Shown here one piece after another: positions 1 to 8,578 of a stretch of 64,000 nt of DNA. A program made the position numbers and the translations under genes. The notes under the pieces were generated by a model. The model was given only the letters and a program-made list of their open reading frames with translations. It made no database searches and had not been told where the DNA came from. The DNA lies in assembly GCA_965262305.1 (NCBI GenBank), contig CBDHEY010000002.1, positions 657,135-721,134 on the forward strand. The letters are read 5' to 3'. The stretch is from Cellvibrionaceae bacterium (lineage in GTDB: Bacteria; Pseudomonadota; Gammaproteobacteria; Pseudomonadales; Cellvibrionaceae). Each line of letters opens with the position of its first letter. The first letter of the stretch is position 1.

Positions 1-9
1 TCATTTTCT

Positions 10-705
10 ATGAAAGCTTTTATCCTTGCAGCGGGAGAAGGCCGCAGAATGCGACCGCTCACTTTAGATACTCCAAAACCTCTTTTAAATGTTGGAGGAA
101 AGAGTCTTATCGAACATCAAATCCTTCGATTAAAAGAGGCTGGAATTGAACAAATCATTATTAATCTTTGCTACCTCGGCCATCTTATAAAACGGGAATT
201 GGGTGATGGGAGGAAATATGGTGTTGAAATTTTCTACTCTGAAGAGCCTGAAATGCTGGAAACCGCAGGAGCTATTCATTACGCAAAAGACTTGCTCGGA
301 GGGAAACCTTTTTTAATGGTAAATAGTGATGTGTGGCTAGATATTGATTATCGAGTATTTTCTGAAAACGCTAAGAGTGGGTTTTTCCATCTCTTATTAG
401 TAACCAATCCAGCGCACAATGAAAACGGTGATTTTTATCTCACAAATAGTAATTTCGTCTCAACTGAGGTTGAATCTAATTTGCAAATAAGTTCACGATT
501 TACTTTTGCTGGTGTAAGTGTGATTTGTCCAAAATTGTTCTTTTCATATCCTAAATTGAAAAAGAAATTCCCACTCATTGAAGTGTTAAATTGGGCCATC
601 GCTAAAAAGTTGATTACTGGGCAAGTGCATTCTAATTCATGGGTCGACGTGGGAACTCCTGAACGACTCGAATTTGTTCGGCAGTATTACTCAGAAAATA
701 TTTAA
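10..705 (+). CDS. murU: Sugar-1-phosphate nucleotidylyltransferase, MurU-like (N-acetylmuramate alpha-1-phosphate uridylyltransferase family)
   Basis: N-terminus MKAFILAAGEGRRMRPLTLDTPKPLL is the canonical G-x-G-x-R nucleotidyltransferase motif. The 231-aa length and overall similarity match the MurU/RmlA-like fold. Confidence 0.7.
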   Translation: MKAFILAAGEGRRMRPLTLDTPKPLLNVGGKSLIEHQILRLKEAGIEQIIINLCYLGHLIKRELGDGRKYGVEIFYSEEPEMLETAGAIHYAKDLLGGKPFLMVNSDVWLDIDYRVFSENAKSGFFHLLLVTNPAHNENGDFYLTNSNFVSTEVESNLQISSRFTFAGVSVICPKLFFSYPKLKKKFPLIEVLNWAIAKKLITGQVHSNSWVDVGTPERLEFVRQYYSENI

Positions 706-762
706 CCCTTGTTGATGGACTTATTCTAATCGCAGCTGTACCTAAAAGTTTTTTTCGCCAAA

Positions 763-1887
763 TCATTCTGTTTTTTCTAGTTCAACGCCTTTTGCATGTT
801 TCTCTAAGAAGCCTCTTATACGTCGAATGAGAAGGGTTTCTTTATTAAATGCTGCAGCGTCTGAAGCTCGCATTGGAATCTGCACGTAGTTTTCTAATTG
901 ATTTTTTTTTGCTCTTGCCATGCGATCTTTAGGTTCGTACTGGTCGAGATAGTGAGAGTGAGTATAAATATCTAGAATTGGCAGAGATAAATAATTGAGA
1001 AAGTTTGGGAGAGTTTCTGTTTCTCCGGGAATTTGATTTCGTGCATTAATTAAGATCATGGTACGAACCATACGTGTATTTACTGAGTCCACCACTTTTC
1101 CGACATCTTTTTTCAATGTGTTGCCGAGCTTTTTATCCACAAATTTAGAAATTCTTGCCGCGCCGAGCCCTTCTCCAGCAATAATTACATTAAATTGTCC
1201 CTTTTGATGCAAATACTTAACAGCTGTATCAATTCGCAAAAAAGCCTGGGATTCGATATCTGGTCTCGGTGTTTTTATTGGCATTGGTGTGGACTTTGGA
1301 GTTGGAGTGGCAGCTTCTGGTTTGTCCTTGGTTTCTACTTGCTTTGTCTCGGGTTGGTTTTCAAGTTCTTCTTTAGAGATGGGAATGGGAGTTGTGCGGC
1401 CTGGTATTTCTGACGGTAAAGGATCTGGCATCGAAACCGAAAGTGTCGCCCAACCAAAATCTGGCAATGTCGTACGCAATAAATCGATCGTTCCCGGCCA
1501 GTCAGGTGTTTGTCCTGCGCCATGAACAAATAGTACTGCGCCCAGGGTTCGTCCACCGCGTGCATTTTGCCATAATACAGCAAATTCGTCGTCACCCGAA
1601 CTGATGACCTCGATGTCGGCAGGGTCGAGTTCTGTGGAAAATATCTTTTGTTTAATTTTTTCTAGATCCGCTATGCTCAGGTGCAAGCGATCCACTTTAG
1701 GCATCTCTGCGGTGGATGATTCACTGTCGGTGTGTTTTGCTTCAGAAGTGTTTTGCTCTTCCTGGGCGAGAGAATGAAGAGAAAAAATTAACAAAATTGG
1801 GGTAATTACGAAAAAACGTAAAAATTTCGCGTTAGATTTACTCTGGTATATTAATCTGTTTCTCTGGTGGTTCTTTGAAACTATCAT
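763..1887 (-). CDS. Secreted alpha/beta-hydrolase-fold protein (DUF3530-like) with a Pro/Thr-rich linker
   Basis: N-terminal signal peptide (FFVITPILLIFSLHSLAQ). VLFVHGAGQTPDWPG hydrolase-fold core. TPTPKSTPMPIKTPRPD low-complexity linker. The ORF is uninterrupted across its length. Confidence 0.55.
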   Translation of the reverse strand: MIVSKNHQRNRLIYQSKSNAKFLRFFVITPILLIFSLHSLAQEEQNTSEAKHTDSESSTAEMPKVDRLHLSIADLEKIKQKIFSTELDPADIEVISSGDDEFAVLWQNARGGRTLGAVLFVHGAGQTPDWPGTIDLLRTTLPDFGWATLSVSMPDPLPSEIPGRTTPIPISKEELENQPETKQVETKDKPEAATPTPKSTPMPIKTPRPDIESQAFLRIDTAVKYLHQKGQFNVIIAGEGLGAARISKFVDKKLGNTLKKDVGKVVDSVNTRMVRTMILINARNQIPGETETLPNFLNYLSLPILDIYTHSHYLDQYEPKDRMARAKKNQLENYVQIPMRASDAAAFNKETLLIRRIRGFLEKHAKGVELEKTE

Positions 1888-1932
1888 ATTAAGTAGAATA
1901 GAAGAAATTTTGGTACTAGGTCTGTAAATTAG

Positions 1933-2616
1933 GTGGTTAAAACCGTGATAAAAAATAGAATTGCGCCTTCAATTTTGTCTGCTGATTTTGCTCGGTTGGG
2001 AGAGGAAGTCGACGCGGTGATTGATGCAGGGGCGGATTTGATTCATTTTGACGTGATGGATAATCATTACGTGCCAAACCTTTCATTTGGTCCAGTTGTA
2101 TGTAAATCTTTGATTAAATACGGTGTTTCAGTTCCGCTTGATGTTCACCTTATGGTTGAACCCGTTGATGATTTGATTGTTCAGTTTGCAGAAGCTGGCG
2201 CCACATATATCACTTTTCACCCTGAGGCTTCTAAACATCCTGACCGCTCCATTAAATTGATAAAAGATAAAGGGTGTAAGGCTGGTCTTGTTTTCACGCC
2301 GACAGCGAATCTTGATATTTTGAAGTATACCTTGGATCAATTGGACATGATTTTGCTCATGTCAGTGAACCCTGGGTTTGGAGGCCAAGCATTTCTTCCA
2401 TATGTGCTTGAACGTATTAAAACGGTTCGGTCATTGATTGAAGACGCTAATCTGGATGTTAGCTTAGAGATTGATGGGGGAGTTTCCCTTGATAATATTG
2501 CTCAAATTGCGGCAGCAGGCGCAGATACATTTGTTGCCGGATCAGCAATATTTGGGTCTGATGACTATAAACAAACTATCTCGTTGATGAAACAACGGGT
2601 AAATGATGTAAACTAA
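1933..2616 (+). CDS. rpe: Ribulose-phosphate 3-epimerase
   Basis: [16 protein letters not shown] and [17 protein letters not shown] are Rpe signatures. The ~225-aa length fits Rpe, and the gene sits upstream of trpE as in Pseudomonas. Confidence 0.92.
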   Translation: MVKTVIKNRIAPSILSADFARLGEEVDAVIDAGADLIHFDVMDNHYVPNLSFGPVVCKSLIKYGVSVPLDVHLMVEPVDDLIVQFAEAGATYITFHPEASKHPDRSIKLIKDKGCKAGLVFTPTANLDILKYTLDQLDMILLMSVNPGFGGQAFLPYVLERIKTVRSLIEDANLDVSLEIDGGVSLDNIAQIAAAGADTFVAGSAIFGSDDYKQTISLMKQRVNDVN

Positions 2617-2789
2617 CCCTTTTGGCGATAAAATTTTTGAAATAAGAGAGTAATAAAGTGTTCGTAACTTATTCATGTTCATGGCGTAGTTAGTCAATTC
2701 TATTCACTATAAGCCAATTTGACTATTTGAAATCCTAAGTTGCTTTAAGCTTGTAAGTTGCTTTAAGTATATAAGTTGCGAGACGCATT

Positions 2790-4274
2790 ATGACTCCAAA
2801 AGAGTTCGACCAGTTTAAACAAGCTGGTTTCAATAAAATTCCCCTTTACCGCGAAGTGTTAGCGGACACTGAAACGCCCTTATCAAGTTATCTAAAGTTG
2901 GCTCGCGGTAGTTACTCCTATCTTTTTGAATCTGTCCAAGGTGGCGAAAAATGGGGTCGATACTCGATTATTGGATTACCCGCGTCGGAGCGATTTGAAG
3001 CCTGGGGAAATCAAATAAAGGTGTTTCGTGACGGTGAATGCATTGATTCTTATGAGCACGAGGACCCCTTATCTGCGATTGAGCAACTTAAATCGAGTAT
3101 AAAAGTACCTAATATTGGTGGCTTGCCGAGCTTTTCTGGTGGCCTAGTGGGCTATTTCAGTTATGACACTGTTAGATATGTCGAGCCGAAGCTTGCTAAT
3201 TCAGTCCCTCAAGACAATCAAAACACCCCGGATATTTTATTACTCGTTTCCCAAGAAGTTCTAGTTTTCGATAACCTGAAGGGTAAGCTTCATATTATCG
3301 TTCATGCAGATCCTAACGAAGAGAATAGCTATGAGGCTGCAAAGTCCAAACTGGACAAGCTAGAAGCAAGGTTAAGTATGCCTATTCCTCAGCTACCTAT
3401 TATGCAAATGGCCCAATTTGTTGGTGAGCAGAAAGGGTTAAGTTGTGAAAAAGAGTTTGTTTCAAGTTTCGGCCGTGAAAACTTTATGTCTGCGGTTGAA
3501 CGAGTCAAAGACTACATTTTAGCGGGTGATGCCATGCAAGTGGTGCTGTCGCAAAAAATGCAACTACCTTTTGAATCAGAACCCTTAAATCTGTATCGAG
3601 CTTTGCGATGCCTTAATCCGTCGCCTTATATGTATTTTCTGGATATGGGAGATCATCAAGTAGTAGGATCTAGCCCAGAAATACTCGCTCGCCTAGAAGA
3701 TGATGAAGTAACAGTAAGGCCAATAGCTGGGACGCGTCGTAGAGGCTATGATGATGATGAAGATATTGCATTAGAAAAGGAGCTACTCAACGACCCCAAA
3801 GAAATAGCAGAACATTTAATGTTAATCGACCTTGGGCGCAATGATGTGGGTCGAGTTGCAAAAGTGGGGTCGGTATGCCTTACTGAGAAAATGATTGTCG
3901 AGCGTTATTCCCACGTAATGCATATCATCTCAAATGTCATCGGTAAACTCGATGATAACCTGTCAACAATGGATGTGCTGCGTGCCGCGTTGCCGGCAGG
4001 AACGCTCTCTGGAGCGCCGAAAATCAGAGCAATGGAAATTATTGACGAGCTTGAGCCTGAAAAACGTGGGATATATGGCGGTGCAATTGGTTATATGGCG
4101 TGGAATGGTAATATGGATACGGCCATTGCTATCCGAACAGCTGTTATTAAGGATGGAAAAATATTTGTTCAAGCGGGTGCAGGCGTAGTTGCTGATTCCG
4201 TCCCAGAACTTGAATGGAAAGAAACAATGAATAAAGCTAGGGCTTTATTCAGTGCCATAGATTGGGCAAAATAA
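2790..4274 (+). CDS. trpE: Anthranilate synthase component I
   Basis: Chorismate-binding-enzyme motifs [20 protein letters not shown] and [21 protein letters not shown]. The 494-aa length is typical for TrpE. Confidence 0.95.
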   Translation: MTPKEFDQFKQAGFNKIPLYREVLADTETPLSSYLKLARGSYSYLFESVQGGEKWGRYSIIGLPASERFEAWGNQIKVFRDGECIDSYEHEDPLSAIEQLKSSIKVPNIGGLPSFSGGLVGYFSYDTVRYVEPKLANSVPQDNQNTPDILLLVSQEVLVFDNLKGKLHIIVHADPNEENSYEAAKSKLDKLEARLSMPIPQLPIMQMAQFVGEQKGLSCEKEFVSSFGRENFMSAVERVKDYILAGDAMQVVLSQKMQLPFESEPLNLYRALRCLNPSPYMYFLDMGDHQVVGSSPEILARLEDDEVTVRPIAGTRRRGYDDDEDIALEKELLNDPKEIAEHLMLIDLGRNDVGRVAKVGSVCLTEKMIVERYSHVMHIISNVIGKLDDNLSTMDVLRAALPAGTLSGAPKIRAMEIIDELEPEKRGIYGGAIGYMAWNGNMDTAIAIRTAVIKDGKIFVQAGAGVVADSVPELEWKETMNKARALFSAIDWAK

Positions 4275-4302
4275 CGGAACAGGCGATCGAAGGAGTGGAT
4301 AA

Positions 4303-5025
4303 ATGGCAATTAAAGAGAGCGTGGTGTTGAATATGCAAGGTGAAGAACAGATTGCAAAAATGTCTGAAATTCACCATTTCAATGCGACTGAACTTGATCA
4401 TCTCAAGATACTTCGTCAGGGTACTAATGACGAGAAGATGCTAAAAACTTTCCGTGATCTTCGAACACAACTGTTTGAACAATCCGGCGGAGCCAACTTT
4501 AACTGTATGATCACTTGCGTAGCACCTGGCGGTGGGGCGACACATGTATGTCGTAACTTAGCGGCAGCTATAGCGCTTGATCGTACCAAAACATCTGTTA
4601 TTGTCGATTGTAATTTTTACTCTCCTACGGCTGAGGCGCTTTTAAGCGCTGAAATAAACGTGGGTTTATCTGATTATCTTAATTCCAAAGATATGGGTTT
4701 AGAGTACATCGTATATGCTTCAGGAATCCCTCGAGTAAGAGTCATTCCAGCAGGAAATAACGCAAGGGCTTCAGCAGAACGGGTCTCAACATTTCGCATG
4801 AATCAATTCTTAGACGAAATCAAAAGTCGCTATCCAGACCGTTTTATCTTAATAGATAGTCCAAGTATTTCTGAATATCCTGCTGACGCTAGAATGCTTG
4901 CTCAGGCGGTGGATTTTGTTATTTTGGTTGTACCTTATGGAATGGTTACACCTGCAGAAGTTCAAACTGCAATTAAGGCCATAGGTAATGAACGTTTAGC
5001 GGGTGTGGTGTTTAACAAGGTTTAG
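4303..5025 (+). CDS. BY-kinase / MinD-ParA-fold P-loop protein with a degenerate Walker A (Lys replaced by Ala); candidate PEP-CTERM-locus tyrosine-autokinase-like pseudo-ATPase
   Basis: An AAGGAG RBS lies 8 bp upstream, and the gene starts 28 bp after the trpE stop. FRDLRTQLF matches the BY-kinase N-terminal motif. CVAPGGGATHVCRNLAAAIAL sits where S-x-G-x-G-K-T would be. VIVDCNFYSP corresponds to the LIDxDxRxP motif. ILIDSPSI is Walker A' and DFVILVV is Walker B. There is no C-terminal Tyr cluster. Confidence 0.6.
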   Translation: MAIKESVVLNMQGEEQIAKMSEIHHFNATELDHLKILRQGTNDEKMLKTFRDLRTQLFEQSGGANFNCMITCVAPGGGATHVCRNLAAAIALDRTKTSVIVDCNFYSPTAEALLSAEINVGLSDYLNSKDMGLEYIVYASGIPRVRVIPAGNNARASAERVSTFRMNQFLDEIKSRYPDRFILIDSPSISEYPADARMLAQAVDFVILVVPYGMVTPAEVQTAIKAIGNERLAGVVFNKV

Positions 5026-5086
5026 ACTGGCAAAGAAGTTTCGAACTCTAGAGCTAAACTGCATTGCCGAAATTTATGCGCTAATT

Positions 5087-6454
5087 TCACTCCGTCGGTG
5101 CATTCGCCGATATATTATATTTTTTCATTAGGTCGTAAAGTGTCGGGCGAGTTACCCCTAATTGTTTTGCCGTAGCAGATATGTTGTATTCAGTCATATT
5201 TAATGCACGCAATATTGCGGCTCTTTCTGCGTTGTAGCGCACTTCTCTCAAATTAAGGCTGAAGTTTCCATCGGAGACCAAACCTAAGTCTTCGGAAGAA
5301 ACCAATTTTTCATCTGCCATGACCACACCACGTTTAATGCGATTTTCCATTTCTCGAATGTTTCCAGGCCAATCGTAAGCTTCAATTGCCTCAATGGCTT
5401 CTGGGGAGAAACCCGTTACCGGAGCATTATTTTGTTCGACTGATCGCTGTAAAAAGTGCCTTGCAAGGAGTAATTTATCGCCTTGCCTATTTCGCAAGGG
5501 AGGGATTTCAATTTCCATTTCACATATACGGTAGAAAAGATCTTCTCGAAATGTTCCTTCATTTACCATCTCTTGAAGATTTTTGTTTGTCGCACAAACA
5601 ACGCGAACATCGACAGGAATTTCTTCTCGTCCGCCCACTCGCTCAATGACTCTTTCCTGTAAAAAGCGAAGCAGTTTAGCTTGCAACATAAGTGGCATGT
5701 CGCCAATTTCATCAAGAAAAAGTGTGCCTCCGGATGCCGTTTCTACTTTTCCTTTAGTTGTTTTTGATGCGCCAGTAAAGGCACCTTTTTCGTACCCGAA
5801 CAGTTCACTTTCCATTAGGTTTTCTGGAACTGCAGCGCAGTTAATTGCAACTAAGCGTTTAGACTTTCGCTGGCTAAAGTTATGAAGTGCACGCGCAAGG
5901 ACTTCTTTTCCTGTTCCACTTTCCCCAGTTAGCGTGCAGGTCACATCTGACGGAGCAAGCTTTTCAATCGTACGACAGATTTTTAGCATTTTGGGGTCGC
6001 ACGCGATAATGCCATCTAAAGGGGATTGTTTTTGTTCTTCGGCTTTTCTGTGCTGTTCTTCTAGCGCGTAGATATGAAAAGCTCTTTGCAGAATAAGATC
6101 GAGAGTCTCGGGGTTTACCGGTTTTTGATAGAAATCATATGCACCCATCGCGACGGCTCTTACCGCATTTTCATAGTCTGCATTGCCAGTCATGACGATA
6201 ATTTTTGTCATGGGAGAGATGCTGGATATTTCTCGAATACAGCGGAATCCTTCATCAACACCTTCATCATCAGGTGGTAATCCTAGATCCTGCAAAACAA
6301 TAGGTGGTTCATGTAGACGAATTGCAGCAATTGCTTCTTCGCGATTTGACGCAGCGATTACTTCATATTGATCGAAATGCCAACGTAGTTGGCTTTGTAA
6401 ACCTTGATCATCTTCAACAATTAAAAGTTTTGATTTTTCTTCTTGGTGAGCCAT
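5087..6454 (-). CDS. prsR: Sigma-54-dependent response regulator, PEP-CTERM-box type (PrsR-like)
   Basis: Receiver domain (LLIVEDD...VLQDLGLPPDDEG, the distinctive LGLPPD motif of PrsR). Sigma-54 interaction AAA domain (GESGTGKEV, GAFTGA, ESELFGYEKGAFTGA). C-terminal Fis-type HTH. Confidence 0.85.
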   Translation of the reverse strand: MAHQEEKSKLLIVEDDQGLQSQLRWHFDQYEVIAASNREEAIAAIRLHEPPIVLQDLGLPPDDEGVDEGFRCIREISSISPMTKIIVMTGNADYENAVRAVAMGAYDFYQKPVNPETLDLILQRAFHIYALEEQHRKAEEQKQSPLDGIIACDPKMLKICRTIEKLAPSDVTCTLTGESGTGKEVLARALHNFSQRKSKRLVAINCAAVPENLMESELFGYEKGAFTGASKTTKGKVETASGGTLFLDEIGDMPLMLQAKLLRFLQERVIERVGGREEIPVDVRVVCATNKNLQEMVNEGTFREDLFYRICEMEIEIPPLRNRQGDKLLLARHFLQRSVEQNNAPVTGFSPEAIEAIEAYDWPGNIREMENRIKRGVVMADEKLVSSEDLGLVSDGNFSLNLREVRYNAERAAILRALNMTEYNISATAKQLGVTRPTLYDLMKKYNISANAPTE

Positions 6455-6469
6455 GAAATATTGTTTCTT

Positions 6470-8506
6470 TTAGATGGTTGGAATATTGATAACGAATGTT
6501 GTGCCTTCTCCAAGTGTGCTTTCTACGCTAATGCTCCCTCCAAGTGAAGCAATATACTCCCTCGCCTGATAAACGCCAACGCCCATTCCTTTGCCTGATT
6601 TTGTCGTCTCGAAAGGTTTAAAGAGTTTGTTTTGAATAAAGTCTTGATCCATGCCAGATCCGTTATCTTCTATTGTTAGCATAACAAATCCATCGTCAAG
6701 TTGTGCGGCAATATCTATAAATCCATTATTTGACGTTGCATCTTGAGCATTATGAATGATGTGCGTGAATACCATCACAAGGCTATCAAAGTCGGCTTTT
6801 ACTTTAATGCTCGTATCAATTGGTGCGAGTGTTGGCGTTGGAGGTGTCTTTTGGCATCGTTTAATTGCCTCGATAAGCACTTCTTTAATCGAAAGTGTTT
6901 TTGCGTGATCTGGCTCATTGTGCTGCAATTTACGCAGTAGATTATTCATTCTTTCGACAGAGTTGTTAATCGTGTTAATTGCATCTTCTACGAACGCGGG
7001 GTTGTCTTTGTGTTTCTCCGCGTTCTTAACAACCAGGGATTGCTGTGCAATCAGATTTTTTAAGTCGTGCATTACAAAAGCAGATAACTTGTTAAATGCA
7101 TCAAACTGGCGTACTTCCGTAAGTTGTTCAGCCTGTTCGTGGCGAGTCAAATAGCTTGCAAATTGACGTGCTACTGTCTTTATGAGATCTAAATCTTCCC
7201 AATTTAATGGAGTGAGTTTTTGCTTGCTTGTGAGAACCATAAATCCAAACAAATATCTTTCGGTAAGGAGTGGAAAAATCATCCAAATATTGTCGATTTT
7301 TCGTGCCCAATCAGGAAGTAATTCGTTAAATTGTGACAGGTCTCCTCCATGAGCGCGTGGAGAAAATACCCACTCTTGAGTCAGTGCCCCAGCGAATTCC
7401 GAGGATTCGGGTTCGAATGCTTCAGAAATATCGAAACTTACATTTATTTGTTTTACTGGCACTAAAACTTTTGATCTTTTGATCCAAAGTGCACCACCGT
7501 CACATTTAAACAGATCTGAGGCAACTCTTATTGCTCTGTGCGCTGGATCTTCGGCTTTTTCGTTTCGAGAAAGTTGGTTTATAAGGTTTATCCATTCGGT
7601 CCTATAGTCATATTTATAGCTAAATAGGTGTTTGTTAATTAACACGCTTAGTTTTTCTCTAAGAGAGCGAGATATCAAGATAGAACCAATAGTAAGCAAT
7701 GCCATTACGAGCAGTGCGGTATATATGACCGTACCCCAACTACCGCCATAGAGTTGCACGTAGTAACCCCCAAAAGACAGCACTGTAAGAAGCCCGCCAG
7801 CAATAGATAGTGATGTGGTGTAAAAAATTACCGGGCGCGAAAAAGTAAGCTTTACCGGGGACTCTGTTGGTTGCACTAAAGTGATAAAGCCAATACAGAT
7901 AAGTACACTAGAAGCCATGCTAACCGCAGCTCTGGTTCGCCATAATTCACTATCAAATGCGGAAAAGATTAAATTTTGCGTAAAGAGATAAGCATCGAAT
8001 ATAAATGTTGCTGCCATTACAAGACATAGCAATTTTATTACTCGATAGCGTGTGTTATTGCGATAGAGTTGCTCAACACTCAGAAGACCGACGATCGATA
8101 GCATTATTCCTTGCCAAAAGGTAATCGATTCCAGGGAGTCTACGTGAATTATGTCTAAGTAAATTGCAGAGGCAACCAATAAAAAGGTCGTGCACATCGA
8201 ATATATAACAAATTTATAGAGCTTTGGTAGGCAGTGGGTGCAGAGTTTTTCTGTTGTATGTGTAATCGCGACTATCCATACAACAAAATGGAGAGCTTCC
8301 ATAAAGTAGATTTTTGGAAGGGACTCATCACTAATATTTGAATAGTAAGCAATCGTAGATAACCAGGCAGTTTGCGTTGCTATCGCCACAAATAGTGACC
8401 ATGGTAGCTTACGCTTAATACTCTGAGTTAAAGATGCAATGGTTAGTAAAAAAGAAAGGAATGCCGCGCTTGAATAGGCAATTTGGGTTACGCTATCAAA
8501 TTCCAT
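6470..8506 (-). CDS. prsK: Multi-pass membrane sensor histidine kinase, PrsK-like (XrtA/PEP-CTERM system)
   Basis: About 8 N-terminal TM helices, a central GAF-like region, an H-box (FVMHDLKNLIAQ) and HATPase_c (DNGSGMD...GKGMGVGVYQAREY). It ends 15 bp upstream of prsR on the same strand. Confidence 0.8.
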   Translation of the reverse strand: MEFDSVTQIAYSSAAFLSFLLTIASLTQSIKRKLPWSLFVAIATQTAWLSTIAYYSNISDESLPKIYFMEALHFVVWIVAITHTTEKLCTHCLPKLYKFVIYSMCTTFLLVASAIYLDIIHVDSLESITFWQGIMLSIVGLLSVEQLYRNNTRYRVIKLLCLVMAATFIFDAYLFTQNLIFSAFDSELWRTRAAVSMASSVLICIGFITLVQPTESPVKLTFSRPVIFYTTSLSIAGGLLTVLSFGGYYVQLYGGSWGTVIYTALLVMALLTIGSILISRSLREKLSVLINKHLFSYKYDYRTEWINLINQLSRNEKAEDPAHRAIRVASDLFKCDGGALWIKRSKVLVPVKQINVSFDISEAFEPESSEFAGALTQEWVFSPRAHGGDLSQFNELLPDWARKIDNIWMIFPLLTERYLFGFMVLTSKQKLTPLNWEDLDLIKTVARQFASYLTRHEQAEQLTEVRQFDAFNKLSAFVMHDLKNLIAQQSLVVKNAEKHKDNPAFVEDAINTINNSVERMNNLLRKLQHNEPDHAKTLSIKEVLIEAIKRCQKTPPTPTLAPIDTSIKVKADFDSLVMVFTHIIHNAQDATSNNGFIDIAAQLDDGFVMLTIEDNGSGMDQDFIQNKLFKPFETTKSGKGMGVGVYQAREYIASLGGSISVESTLGEGTTFVINIPTI

Positions 8507-8578
8507 AATTAGATTATATTGTCGTCTCTATTTTATACTCGCCGTTAACAAGGCAAGAAGATTCGCGACAATATATAC

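Noticed and set aside
1195-1604. Four overlapping 70-86 aa ORFs on both strands inside the 763..1887 hydrolase gene
   Set aside because: They lie fully within a longer uninterrupted ORF that has a coherent signal peptide and alpha/beta-hydrolase motifs. Their translations are low-complexity (W/C/G-rich) and typical of frame-shadow ORFs.
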